Shown here piece by piece: positions 22,276-33,175 of a stretch of 64,000 bases of DNA (positions within the stretch are counted from its first letter, which is position 1; every line of letters begins with the position of its first letter). The stretch is from assembly GCA_020184695.1 (NCBI GenBank), contig JAANOX010000171.1:1-64000 (forward strand), in the 5' to 3' direction. A program made the position numbers and the translations under genes. Source of the stretch: Histomonas meleagridis 2922-C6/04-290x (Eukaryota; Protista; Parabasalia). The notes beneath the pieces are model-generated. The model was not told where the DNA came from. It searched no databases and saw only the letters and a program-made list of their open reading frames with translations.

Positions 22276-23607
22276 ATGGAATGTAAGGTTGCATTGTTTT
22301 CACCTAAAGAAAAGGCAGTCATCGTTAATTTCGCTTTGACTTTCGATGGTTCTGATGTTATAATAAATTTTACAAAAGTTAATCAAAATTTATTTGCAAA
22401 ATACTCAATCTTCGCTTTTAATACATTTTCTGTAAATGAAGACGACAAAAAATGCATACTGCAGACAGATTCTTCGCGTTTAGTATTCTCATTTAATGAT
22501 GATACAAGATGTTTAAAATTTATTTCACTCTTATCAGAAAAAGGAATACTTTCTCCAATACCAGGTAAACAATGCTCTTTTAATATTTCAAGGCCTAAAT
22601 CTTTTCCCAATTTATCTGGAATAGTTAACAATTTATTTAACATAAAAAATAATTCAGCAACACAGCCAAATGGCCTTGAAACTGGTGTCATCGAGGCTTC
22701 CCTTCCATTTGCTGAATTAGCTCCTTTGAAAAAAGAGGATACCATCAATGTCAAATACTCCACTCTTCATTTTGCTCTTCTTAACATTTCAATGAATCTT
22801 TATCCAGACATTATAGCTGGTATATTTCCTCCTACTAATACTACTCAACCTTTTGAAGATTATCTCAAAATTAAGAGTCAATGGCAACTTATCACTAAAT
22901 CTGAATGGCAGCACAACTGCAACATGCGTATTTTTGTTCATGATCTTGAGCATTGGCTTGGTGTTCGCTCAAAACAGCACACCGAAGAGTATAACCGTCT
23001 TTTCTTTAACGTTTCTCTGACACTTTTCTTCAGTTGTTTTTGTGAACTCAAATTCTCTGAAATATTTGCCACTTTTCTTGAAATTCTGTGCTTTACTTTC
23101 ATCCGAAAGAAGCAAGACAAAACTGCTTTCTATGATTCCAGTGGTAAACTTCTTACTAGTGATGAAGCTGAGAACTGGGTCTTTTGGAGGATAAAAGGTT
23201 TGTGGAGAAAAATAACCAATATTCAAACATCTGAGTTAAATGATTCATTAGCCATTCGTTCTATTCTTCTTAACATATCACCACCAACACTAGAGATGCT
23301 TAATGAAAGGAACATAACATCGTTGAGCTTCGCGACTCGAAATTGCGTTTATCAAATGTTTGTAAAAGGAAGACCAAAACAAGATGCACTGCTTCTCGTG
23401 ACTGCTGCTTTAGCATCAGAAGATTTGGTTAAGTTTAGACAGTACGCAATTGCTGTTGCGTTGGTTCTTCTACAAGGAAAACTTGAAGATTTGCCAAATG
23501 GAGACTTTGAATTGTTTTCACAAATGTATACAACCGAAGTACAAAAAATTAATCCGAGAGTACTGTTGTATAATGTGGAAAAAATGTTTGCTTCATTTAG
23601 TGAATAA
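22276..23607 (+). CDS. Divergent TBC (Rab-GAP)-like protein of TBC1D15/17 layout
   Basis: EDYLKIKSQWQLITKSEWQHN...RIFVHDLEHW matches the segment preceding the TBC IxxDxxR motif. Helical C-terminal half. Confidence 0.55.
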   Translation: MECKVALFSPKEKAVIVNFALTFDGSDVIINFTKVNQNLFAKYSIFAFNTFSVNEDDKKCILQTDSSRLVFSFNDDTRCLKFISLLSEKGILSPIPGKQCSFNISRPKSFPNLSGIVNNLFNIKNNSATQPNGLETGVIEASLPFAELAPLKKEDTINVKYSTLHFALLNISMNLYPDIIAGIFPPTNTTQPFEDYLKIKSQWQLITKSEWQHNCNMRIFVHDLEHWLGVRSKQHTEEYNRLFFNVSLTLFFSCFCELKFSEIFATFLEILCFTFIRKKQDKTAFYDSSGKLLTSDEAENWVFWRIKGLWRKITNIQTSELNDSLAIRSILLNISPPTLEMLNERNITSLSFATRNCVYQMFVKGRPKQDALLLVTAALASEDLVKFRQYAIAVALVLLQGKLEDLPNGDFELFSQMYTTEVQKINPRVLLYNVEKMFASFSE

Positions 23608-23908
23608 TTTATTAGTAAATTTGTTTCATGTTTAATTAATTAATTTGTTTTCTTCATAACAATAAAAAACTGCGTATAGTGCTGTAATAAAAAATCCAAT
23701 ATGCGTAATTTTGTGTTATCATAAAAAATGTTTTTACGATTTCAAAATTTTAGAAAAAAAAAATAATTTCATGCATAATCCTTTGAGTTTCATATGTATA
23801 AGTACTGTAATTGGCAATTTAAAAATAAATATATATAAAAAGTGACTATTTGTAATGTATTCAATTCTGATTTAGTAAATCGAATATTGTTTTTCTGCTG
23901 GGTATATA

Positions 23909-26005
23909 ATGGGAAGCACCCAAAGCCAGGGAAAAGGTCCTTCAAAATATAGCGAAAATCTTCAAACATTAAAATGTATTGAACAAATAATTTATGACTT
24001 AAATGCAAATAATGTCAATGAATCAGTAGAATCAGCATTAAAATATTTCAATGAAGAATTATTATATTCATTTAATTTTATTATTTGCTCGATTGTATTT
24101 TCATATTTTGTATCAAAAGGTTTTTATCATTTATGTTTTGACTATTTAAAAGTACTTGAAAAAAAAGAAAAAGAGACTTATAAAATTTTACATGATAATA
24201 TCACAAATATTTGTGCTTTTATATTTTTGAATTCTTCACAAGAATCAAATTATCTTTATGAAAAAATGATTGAACATGATATTATTCATCCTAAAATTTT
24301 GGCAACAAAAAGAAGTCCATATTTCGCACATTATCTTTCAGAAGAAGAATATAATAAATTTCATGGCTTTAAAATTTATAATTATTTTTATGAAAACATT
24401 GATGAACTAAAAAAGAATGATTGGGAACTTCATAAGAAATTAATTAAAGAGGGACATAATCCGAATGAAATTGCGAAAATAATTCGAAATGATGAAATCG
24501 AAAAACTTCAAGAAATATCATCACAAAATAATTTTGATTTTAATCAAACAATTGAGCCATCACTTTATGAAAGATGCTCATTTGTTAATCAAGAAAATGT
24601 TTCATTAATTGATTATGCAGCATTTTTTTCATCTATTAAATGTTTTAAATATTTACTTATGAATGGAGCAAATGTAAATAACACAGGTAAATATGCAGTT
24701 GCAGGTGGAAATGAAGAAATTATTCATTTATGTGAGCAGAATCATTCATCATTTGAAGGAGCATATGAAACAGCAATTTTGTTTCATAGAAATGATATCT
24801 TTAATTATCTTTATGAAAACAAAATCGAAAAAATTAGGAATCTAGAAGATTTAGGAATTAAATGTCTTTTATATCAAAATTATGAGATTTTATTATTTCT
24901 TGAAAATGAAGGATTACAGGTTAATAAAGCTCTTGTAATTAAATCTATTGAAACAGGGAATACATTTATGGTACAGTATTTCCATGAAAAAAATCCAATT
25001 TCTATAAGTTTTTTTGAAACTTCAATAATTTTTGTTAATAAAGAACTATTTAACTACTTAATTAAAGAAAATATTATGAATATTTTCGATAAGAGTGATT
25101 TTATAATTAATTGAATGTTTGTTTGAGTGTTAATATGCTTTTAAATTTTTGGAAAATATCCAAATTATTTCAAACAGCACTTATGTATGCATCTGTAAAA
25201 GGTCATATAGATATTGTTAAACTAATTCTTGAACAAAAAGGAAATGATATTAATGCCAAAGACATTTATTTATTCAATTTAATATTTACTTTAATAATTT
25301 TTTCATATATCAAATTAATATTTGGGGTTTAATCAAAACATTTAATACAGTACTAATTTGGGCAGCTGAATTTGGTAAAATAGAAATATTTAACTTACTT
25401 CTTAAACAAGAAGAAATTGATATCAATACTCAAAATATTTGTGTCTTTTACTTAAAATATGTTTTATGTACTTTATATTTCATAATTATATTTGGAAATT
25501 ATTTTAAAAATTTCAAACAGCTTTAATGATGCAGCATCAAATGGTTATATAGAAATGGTTAAATTACTTCTTGAACATAAAGGAATTGATGTTAATGCTA
25601 AAGATATTTATTCATTTTGTTTAATATTTATTGTAATAATTTTGGATTTCATTCTAATAATTGGAAAATATTCAAATTGTTTAGAACATCACTTATGTAT
25701 TCAGTTGAAAATGGAGATATAGAATTTGTTAAATTACTTCTTGCTTATAAAGGAATTGATGTTAATGCTAAAAATATTTATTTGTTTGATTTATTATTTA
25801 TTTTAATAAAATTATGCTTGAAAACATTATTTGGAAATTATTTATACTGTTTCAAACAGCACTAATATGGGCATCTAAAAATTGTCGATGTATAGATGTA
25901 ATTAAATTACTTGTTGAACATGAATGCATTGAAATCGATCAAGATATTTATTTGTTTGAATTAAAGTTAGTTAATAACTTACAATCCAACAAAATAATGA
26001 TTTAA
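23909..26005 (+). CDS. DUF3447-like/ankyrin-repeat gene A with five ankyrin segments separated by 20-nt-unit inserts
   Basis: MGSTQS N-terminus, then NPNEIAKIIRND...SLIDYAAFF...IKCFKYL. Ankyrin segments start at 25174, 25347, 25517, 25686 and 25856. One 1-nt deletion near 25527 (assembly error or decay). Confidence 0.75.
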
Positions 26006-26347
26006 ATTTATTAAAAATAGAAGTGTAGTATTTCAGGATTCTTAATACTGTTTTTCATAAATTATGAGAAGGAAAATTTTCATTTTTTCATAAAAATTTA
26101 TCCCAAGGGAAATTGCGATCACATTCGTAAAAATCAAATTACAACCAAAAAGTACAGTCACCAAAACATCAAAGACGATGTATAACAATAATAACCTTGT
26201 TGTTCCAAATTTTTTTTAGGAAACCAAAAACAACAAAAACGATAACATATGTTATCGGTACTAACGGTTGTCGTTTAGTTCAATGTGACATATGATTTTT
26301 GAGAATTTTTTTTTGACACACCTTTTTTCATTGAAATCAGAACATTA

Positions 26348-26368
26348 GGCGGTTATGGTCTTTCCTTT
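26348..26368 (+). promoter_or_regulatory. M3 (GGCGGTTA) + M5 (CCTTT) core promoter
   Basis: GGCGGTTA at 26348-26355 and CCTTT at 26364-26368, just upstream of RPL37. Matches the Inr-alternative motif pair described for T. vaginalis ribosomal-protein genes. Confidence 0.7.
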
Positions 26369-26374
26369 TATATA

Positions 26375-26623
26375 ATGGGTGCTGGCACTCCATCATTCGG
26401 TAAACGTCATAACAAATCACACACAATATGCCGTCGTTGCGGAAGCCGTTCATATCACATTCAGAAGGGAAGGTGCGCTAAGTGCGGATATCCAGAAGCA
26501 TCAATGCGTCATTACAATTGGGCCAAGAAAGCACATGCAAAGCGCACACAAGGAACTGGCCGCATGAGCCACCTCAAGAAGTGCATGAAGAAACTCCAAG
26601 CAATCTATGCTCCTAAGAAATAA
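26375..26623 (+). CDS. RPL37: 60S ribosomal protein L37 (eL37)
   Basis: [20 protein letters not shown]...CAKCGYP...YNW...[12 protein letters not shown]. Confidence 0.98.
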   Translation: MGAGTPSFGKRHNKSHTICRRCGSRSYHIQKGRCAKCGYPEASMRHYNWAKKAHAKRTQGTGRMSHLKKCMKKLQAIYAPKK

Positions 26624-27734
26624 ACATATTTTTGAGCAAATCATTTATGCAATGCTTTTTTTTGTTAAGACGACAACATTTACAGTTTGATTAATTTTGT
26701 TTATTTTAATAAAAACAAGTAACAACGCATCAGTAATTACAATAATTATTACTAGCACTTTCATTAGTTTTAATCAATTGATTTGAAATATTAAAAATGC
26801 TGCTGAAAATGGTGATTGATCTTTGTGGTTCATAATTGATGTATTTAAAAAACCTAATTTTGTAGTTTTTTACCAATTTGGAGTACCCCTAATTTAATCG
26901 GCGAGGGATGGTACCATTTTTTAAAAAATTTGACAAATTATTAATTTGGATCCAAATTATTAGTTATTACAAACCCAATTATGCTCATTGATAAGAGTAC
27001 ATTTTAATTATGTTCAATGTTATTTGAATTTTAATATGAAACATTAAAATGCCAAATATAGTTACCTCAATTAAAAAATTCTCATTTCAAAATTGTGGTA
27101 ATTTCACATTGTGCTTATATCATATGTTGTGGATCCACATTCATAAACTTTATCATATTCCATAATTGCTTATAATTTCTCACTAATTAGTTATCACACG
27201 TACATAATCTTAATAAAATAAAAATAAACTGATCCTAAGGTCTTGAATTAAATTTCAATACTTATTTTTTTCTCCAATTAATTTTTCATTTTTGAATGAT
27301 AATATCTCAAAATTAATAGACTTTTGCATGCATTTAAGATTCATCATCAACTCTTTATTTAGAAGTTTCACATGATCAAATTAATCGTTTCATAGCTCTG
27401 ATGCACATTAACAAATGAACTGCAGTGGAGCAATTGGAAAAAACCGAAAACACGATTGTAATATATTCAATTTCTCACTTCGACAGGAAAAAAATGCCAG
27501 GATAATGATATCGAAAAAAAATGCCAGGGGAAGCCAGTACTGGAAAACAAAGATAAGACGCATAGCAACAAAATATAAAATTTTATATTACAAGGCACAA
27601 TCTCCATGTAAATTGGTAATCTATAATAAAAATCATTAATTTCTCAAGAAAATTATTTTATTTCAGTAATAATTCTAATTTACGACAAAATAATTTGTTG
27701 CCAATATGGCATTTATTTTTATTTCGATTTAAGC

Positions 27735-30605
27735 ATGCAGTCTTACAATGACACACCGTTTCAATTAAAAAGGGATCACCCAAAAAGGCAACATTTATGT
27801 ACAGGTGCTCTCAAGGATGAAAGAGGGAAATACACCATTGAATATCGACCTGACTTCGCTTTATTCCATGAAGCAATAATGGAAGCAAAAGGCAAGCCCA
27901 CGATTTTTGTTACATTTTTCGGATCATATCAAACAGGGAAATCGTCAGCAATCAAAATGCTCACAGGTGATGGGGAAGTACAAATTGATATTGGTGACGG
28001 AATGCGAGAAACAACTTATGGTGCTTTTGTGTATGGCCCATATTCATACAACAAAATCCGGCAAAGATTTGGAGTTGAGATTATTCCAGAAGATGACACA
28101 CAAATATTTTTTGTTGATACCGAAGGATGTAATGGTTTTAAAGCAGGTAGACCTGAATCAGCTGTTTATCTCTTGAGTCAACTCATTGCACCATATGCAT
28201 CAATATCAAACGTCGTTATATCAACTATTAAAGCAGGAGTTACAGCACCCGAAGTTGATTCGATGGAAACAATGTTTGAAATTATTAATATTATTCGCCA
28301 AGGTGTTGGTGTGGAAAGTGCACATTTGTTAGGACTTGTTCCAAATGTCACCAATTATTTTCCCGAAAATTTTGTGGAAAAACAAAAACAAATTACAGAA
28401 ACAATGCAAGAGAAATTCGATGACTTCCAATTCGGATCATTTAAATTTGATGAATTTATTCCACTTCCTATATTTGACACAGATCATGACATTTTAGAAC
28501 AGAATGAAAGGTTTAACAATGCATTTTGTATATTTGCACAACGACTTATATATCATATTGACACTTCTCGTCAAAGTATGTTACTTGAAGCTGAAGGAAT
28601 ATTTGAAATGTTCAAGGTTTTAGCAGCGAGAACTGAAGAACAAAAACTTAGTGAAGTTGCATATGAAGCATTGAAAGAAACAAAAAAGAGTTCTGCATGG
28701 AAACTTTCCAAGAGAACTGTTGATAAAATTATTTCTGGAAAAAATGAGGAAATCAAGAAAATTGTTGCAGAATTCAAAGAAAAACTTAAAAATGATCAAA
28801 TATTTGCAACTCCAATATTAGATAAAGATAAAATCATTAATGAAGCTCTCCAAGAACTTGATGAGAAATTACCCGAGTCTACGAAATCAGAGAAAGAAGT
28901 ATATGATGAGTTTAAGTCAAGAATCCAAAGAGAAATTTCAACTGAATATAAGAAATTCGGTCGACTTATTAAAAAAATTAAAGCTAAACAATACACATTC
29001 ATTAAAGATAAAATAGCTACATATATAAATAATGCAAAACCTGTCATCTATACTAATATTCGAAACAATAAGTCAACATATGAAGATCACATCTTGAACA
29101 TAGTTCAAAACGAAGCATTTACATTTATTAAAAATCAATTCTTAAGAGAGAGTAATGAAATATGTAAAGATGTTCAACAAAGAAATGCTGATATTGTAGA
29201 TGATTTAATTGCAATATTTGAACCATTAAAACTTGAAGAAGATATCAAAACAAAAGTTAAAGAACATATTATGAAAATTAAGTCACAAATTCGAAATGAT
29301 TTTTTTCTTCAAGTTAAAGCAATAGTTGAAAACAACAAACAATCACAAATCAGAGAATTTAGTAATTATGCGCTAAATTTTATTAATTCGAAAACAAGTA
29401 ACTTAAGAAGTAAGTTGGAAAATGGAAATCTTGAAGTAGCAGAAATAAATATTCATAGTGATTTTAGACAAATTGAAAATGAATGCAAGAGGTCACTTTT
29501 ACGAATGTACACAGATAACACTAATCAAGAAATTATTGGCCAAGTCGAAGCAAACATTAGTACATATCTAATGAAATCATTAAATAATTTCAAAGAATGT
29601 ATTCAAGAAGCTAAAAGAGTCGAAATGCAAAAACAACTTCTCAAACAAACTTTGGCTAAAACAATGTCCAATCGAATAAATGAATTAAAGCAAAAAGTTA
29701 AATCAAGTTCAGCAACAGATCCGAATGATATTATTCCTAAGAATTCATTTGAAAACATAGAGAAAGAATGTTATCAAGAAATCAATAAAGCATTTCCTGA
29801 TGGAAAAGAGAACAAAGAACTTATGAAATATTTAAATAATGAAATAATTTCAAAGAATAAAAATGAAATGGAAGCAATTGAGAATTTAAAGCAAACAACT
29901 GTCCAACAAAACATTAAAAATATTGTTAATAATCTCCAAAACAAAGCCAAATATTTGGTTGATCATATATATTATGAACTTACATCATCATGTAGAAATG
30001 ATAAAAATTGCGTTGATATAACTTGTATAAAGTTTAATAATAAGTTTACAGGTTCAATTGAAACATTTAACTTTGAAACAACTGATAATAAATTTAAAGA
30101 TTATATCATAAGAAGATGGAACAGAAAGATTAATAAAGTTTCAATTCCTAACGAAAGTAAGGCATCAGTTAATAGTTATTTCAAGGATTATCTTAAAAGA
30201 AAACTAAATGAAGCACAAGATACAATTAAAAACATAATTTCCATAAATGAATACAATATAATTAAAAAGAATAAAATTGAAATTGATGAAGAAATGGAAC
30301 AAATAAAACGACAATGTACTTCAATAATTTGTAACAGTGATTCAGCAGATGCTTCAGAAATTGTCAATGGATTTAGCAATGAATTTAAACGCGAATGCAA
30401 TAATATTAAAGAAAAAATTAATTCCATTCCAAGCGAAAATATAAAGAATCAGTTAAATGATTATTTGGCTGGTCAAATTCAAAAATGTTCGAATCAGCTA
30501 ATGAAAGAAGCTGAAGAAAAAGCTAAAAACGCAAGCTGGTGGAGAAAGGCTGTCAATATTTTAGGAAAAATTTGGGATAAAATAAAAGGATTCTTCGGGT
30601 TTTAA
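27735..30605 (+). CDS. Guanylate-binding-protein/atlastin-like large GTPase with long coiled-coil stalk
   Basis: G1 GSYQTGKSS, G2 RETTYG, G3 FFVDTEG, long helical C-terminus and amphipathic tail WWRKAVNILGKIWDKIKGFFGF. Confidence 0.8.
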   Translation: MQSYNDTPFQLKRDHPKRQHLCTGALKDERGKYTIEYRPDFALFHEAIMEAKGKPTIFVTFFGSYQTGKSSAIKMLTGDGEVQIDIGDGMRETTYGAFVYGPYSYNKIRQRFGVEIIPEDDTQIFFVDTEGCNGFKAGRPESAVYLLSQLIAPYASISNVVISTIKAGVTAPEVDSMETMFEIINIIRQGVGVESAHLLGLVPNVTNYFPENFVEKQKQITETMQEKFDDFQFGSFKFDEFIPLPIFDTDHDILEQNERFNNAFCIFAQRLIYHIDTSRQSMLLEAEGIFEMFKVLAARTEEQKLSEVAYEALKETKKSSAWKLSKRTVDKIISGKNEEIKKIVAEFKEKLKNDQIFATPILDKDKIINEALQELDEKLPESTKSEKEVYDEFKSRIQREISTEYKKFGRLIKKIKAKQYTFIKDKIATYINNAKPVIYTNIRNNKSTYEDHILNIVQNEAFTFIKNQFLRESNEICKDVQQRNADIVDDLIAIFEPLKLEEDIKTKVKEHIMKIKSQIRNDFFLQVKAIVENNKQSQIREFSNYALNFINSKTSNLRSKLENGNLEVAEINIHSDFRQIENECKRSLLRMYTDNTNQEIIGQVEANISTYLMKSLNNFKECIQEAKRVEMQKQLLKQTLAKTMSNRINELKQKVKSSSATDPNDIIPKNSFENIEKECYQEINKAFPDGKENKELMKYLNNEIISKNKNEMEAIENLKQTTVQQNIKNIVNNLQNKAKYLVDHIYYELTSSCRNDKNCVDITCIKFNNKFTGSIETFNFETTDNKFKDYIIRRWNRKINKVSIPNESKASVNSYFKDYLKRKLNEAQDTIKNIISINEYNIIKKNKIEIDEEMEQIKRQCTSIICNSDSADASEIVNGFSNEFKRECNNIKEKINSIPSENIKNQLNDYLAGQIQKCSNQLMKEAEEKAKNASWWRKAVNILGKIWDKIKGFFGF

Positions 30606-31001
30606 GTCAATAATCACTAAAAACCAAATGAAATTTTTGATTTTTTTTAAAAAAGACATCGTTTGTGTTATCAGTAAAGAAATTTTAAATTGTAAAATTA
30701 TTGTGAAAAATGGGATTATCATTTAAAGCAATTGAAATCTTTTTTGTTTCAGTAAGAAGGATATACATCTTATTCCTGTGCTAGTTACGAAAAATTGATA
30801 ATAAGAAATTGTTTACTTATTAAATTGGAGGCAATAAAAAATGACAAATCATTTAAAAAAAAACTTTATGAGTTTTATTATTGCAATAATGAAGCAAACT
30901 CCATCATGGAGTGCGAAGATAAACAGTTACAATGTCAAAAGCCATTTTTCAACAGCTGTTAATAAAATAAAGTTTTGCAAATATAAAAGTGGCATTTTCA
31001 A

Positions 31002-31949
31002 TTGATCTGCGATATAACATCTTTAAGGTTATCTGAAAATGCAGCAAGCATTGCAATTTCATTAAAGCACTCATTTAACATATATTCCACGCAGCCTCTT
31101 CAAAGGAGGTATCTAAAAGATTTTGTTAATTACAAAATAACAAATGTTTCGCCACTTTCAGATGGGACTACAGTTGCCTTTTCTACAACTCAAATTTCTG
31201 GTGGCCTTGATCAAAAGGTCTATATTTGCAATAATCAATTTGGGGAAAATACCCAAATAAAAGCGCTAAATTTCAATGAAGAAATTCTTTCACTATATCT
31301 TACATCACGTTATCTTTTGACAATACAGCATAGTTCTGTCTTAATATATGACATTGAAAATCGAATTGTTGTTCTTGATCAATCGACTTACAATAATCCC
31401 AATGGAGCTGGCGACATTGTTACTCAAGGTGACAATTACACCGTTGCCATCTGTGGCTCTGATCCATGCACTGTTTACATTTCGGAGCTTACAAATAATT
31501 CAACGCCAATAATTTTCAAAGCACATGAACATCCAATATTTTCCATGAAATTTTCACCAGATGGTTCTCTTATATCCACGGTAAGTGAGAAAGGGACTTT
31601 GATTCGTATATTTGATACAATTTGTGGAACACAATTAAGTGTTTTTCGTAGAGGATCTATGCCATCCAAAGTCATGTCAATGTGTTTTTCACCCGATAAT
31701 CGTTCACTTGTTGTTGTTAGCGAAAGTGGAACTGTTCATTTATTTGAAGCAGATGTACGAAATGGTTCACAACAAGATCCTCCGCGTGCAGTGGCAAAGC
31801 TAAAAATAGAAAAAGCGGATATGATTGATTCCGCTTTTATAAGTGATACAGAAATGATAATTGTTGCATCATCTGGCTATATGTACAATTTGGAAATAAG
31901 AGAAAAAACCATCAAACAAAAAAACAGAGTTTTTATTTTATTACATTAA
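31002..31949 (+). CDS. ATG18: PROPPIN (Atg18/WIPI-like) WD40 beta-propeller; start codon uncertain
   Basis: KAHEHPI...FSPDGSLISTVSEKGTLIRIF...FRRG...FSPD...SESGTVHLF. No in-frame ATG at the 5' end (ORF opens with TTG after TAA at 30984). Confidence 0.85.
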   Translation: MICDITSLRLSENAASIAISLKHSFNIYSTQPLQRRYLKDFVNYKITNVSPLSDGTTVAFSTTQISGGLDQKVYICNNQFGENTQIKALNFNEEILSLYLTSRYLLTIQHSSVLIYDIENRIVVLDQSTYNNPNGAGDIVTQGDNYTVAICGSDPCTVYISELTNNSTPIIFKAHEHPIFSMKFSPDGSLISTVSEKGTLIRIFDTICGTQLSVFRRGSMPSKVMSMCFSPDNRSLVVVSESGTVHLFEADVRNGSQQDPPRAVAKLKIEKADMIDSAFISDTEMIIVASSGYMYNLEIREKTIKQKNRVFILLH

Positions 31950-32365
31950 ATGTTTTTTTTTTTTTCAAAAAGCTCTTCTGTTAAGAAAAGCAAATTATAA
32001 ATAAAATGACCAAAAATTAGTTAAATTTAATAAAATTTTTGTAAAACAAAATATTTTTTTATATAACTCAAAAATAACAGACAATGTTCAGAAGATACTT
32101 CTTAAAATGAAAATAAAATAAGTTAAAACAACATAAAATGTTGTATTTGATCAGGTGAAGTGAGATTTATCGTAAATTCATAACTCATGTAAAATTCTGA
32201 TTTTCCACTTTTTCGGAGGAGAAAAGGCCTTTTCCTGAATACAACAAGTTTACAACCCAATAAATTTCAATTCAAAAAAGCGTAACATTTGTAAAGTTAG
32301 CACTTTTTTACCTGCGCTTGTAGCATAAACTTATCAAAAATTGAATGGGCATTTTATTCATTCCG

Positions 32366-32920
32366 ATGGCGTTGAATGCTTTGATCACACGACGAACAAT
32401 ACGTCAGTACCAACCAGACTACATAATTCCGGAAGCTGAATTGAAAGCAATTTGTAATGCAGCAATTCTTTCACCAACAGGATTTGATTCACAAGATATT
32501 GATCTTCTTGCTGTTACTGATAGAAAAAAAATAGACGAAATTTCCAAAATAACATTGGACACAATTGGTAAAGAGGGTCGCGATAGTTTTATGAAGAGGG
32601 TTGATTCAATGAAGATTAAAAATCCTGTTACAGGTGATGCAGGATGTCTAATTTGTCTTTTGAAGAATGAGCGATCCTCTCCTATGCATACACCAGTTCA
32701 TGAAGGTATTGTTGAAATGTCAATAATGATAGCTGCTCGCGAATTTGGCTTGCAATCAATGGTTCTTGGCTGTCTCAAAGGCGCTGACATGAGAGCAATG
32801 GAAAAAGTTCTTGGCATTGAATCAGGCCGCTTACTTGTTGGCGTTGTTATTGGTAAACCAATCGACAAACCTGTCTTCATTCCAAAGAAGCTTAAAGCTA
32901 AAATTTCATATCTAAGCTAA
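32366..32920 (+). CDS. Nitroreductase-family FMN oxidoreductase
   Basis: RRTIRQY, AAILSPTGFDSQ, AAREFGLQSMVLG and VIGKP. The ATG at 32366 follows a TCATT Inr; an upstream ATG at 32345 is also possible. Confidence 0.88.
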   Translation: MALNALITRRTIRQYQPDYIIPEAELKAICNAAILSPTGFDSQDIDLLAVTDRKKIDEISKITLDTIGKEGRDSFMKRVDSMKIKNPVTGDAGCLICLLKNERSSPMHTPVHEGIVEMSIMIAAREFGLQSMVLGCLKGADMRAMEKVLGIESGRLLVGVVIGKPIDKPVFIPKKLKAKISYLS

Positions 32921-33175
32921 ACATCAAATCATGATTTAATTTTTATGATAGAAGTGAATTTAATAACTTGCCCCATTGATCTGGTGCAACATATTAATGA
33001 AAAATAAAACGATCAAATATATGTTCAAAAAGTTATAAATGACCATAAGGAACGATTAATATTGGTTGAAAATGTTAAAATAATCAAAATAACCATCGAT
33101 CAAAATAAATTCAAAAATCGGGTATTTGGCAAAATATAAAGTGAGTAAAATTTTGGCATATTTATTTATCCATTA

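Noticed and set aside
26875-26895. Motif AATTTGGA...CCCTAATTT shared with about 293-315, as transposon ends
   Set aside because: Short, same orientation, AT-rich and without target-site duplication.
27486-27530. Direct repeat GAAAAAAATGCCAGG and the 74-aa ORF 27415..27639
   Set aside because: Two copies only, and the ORF has no coding hallmarks.
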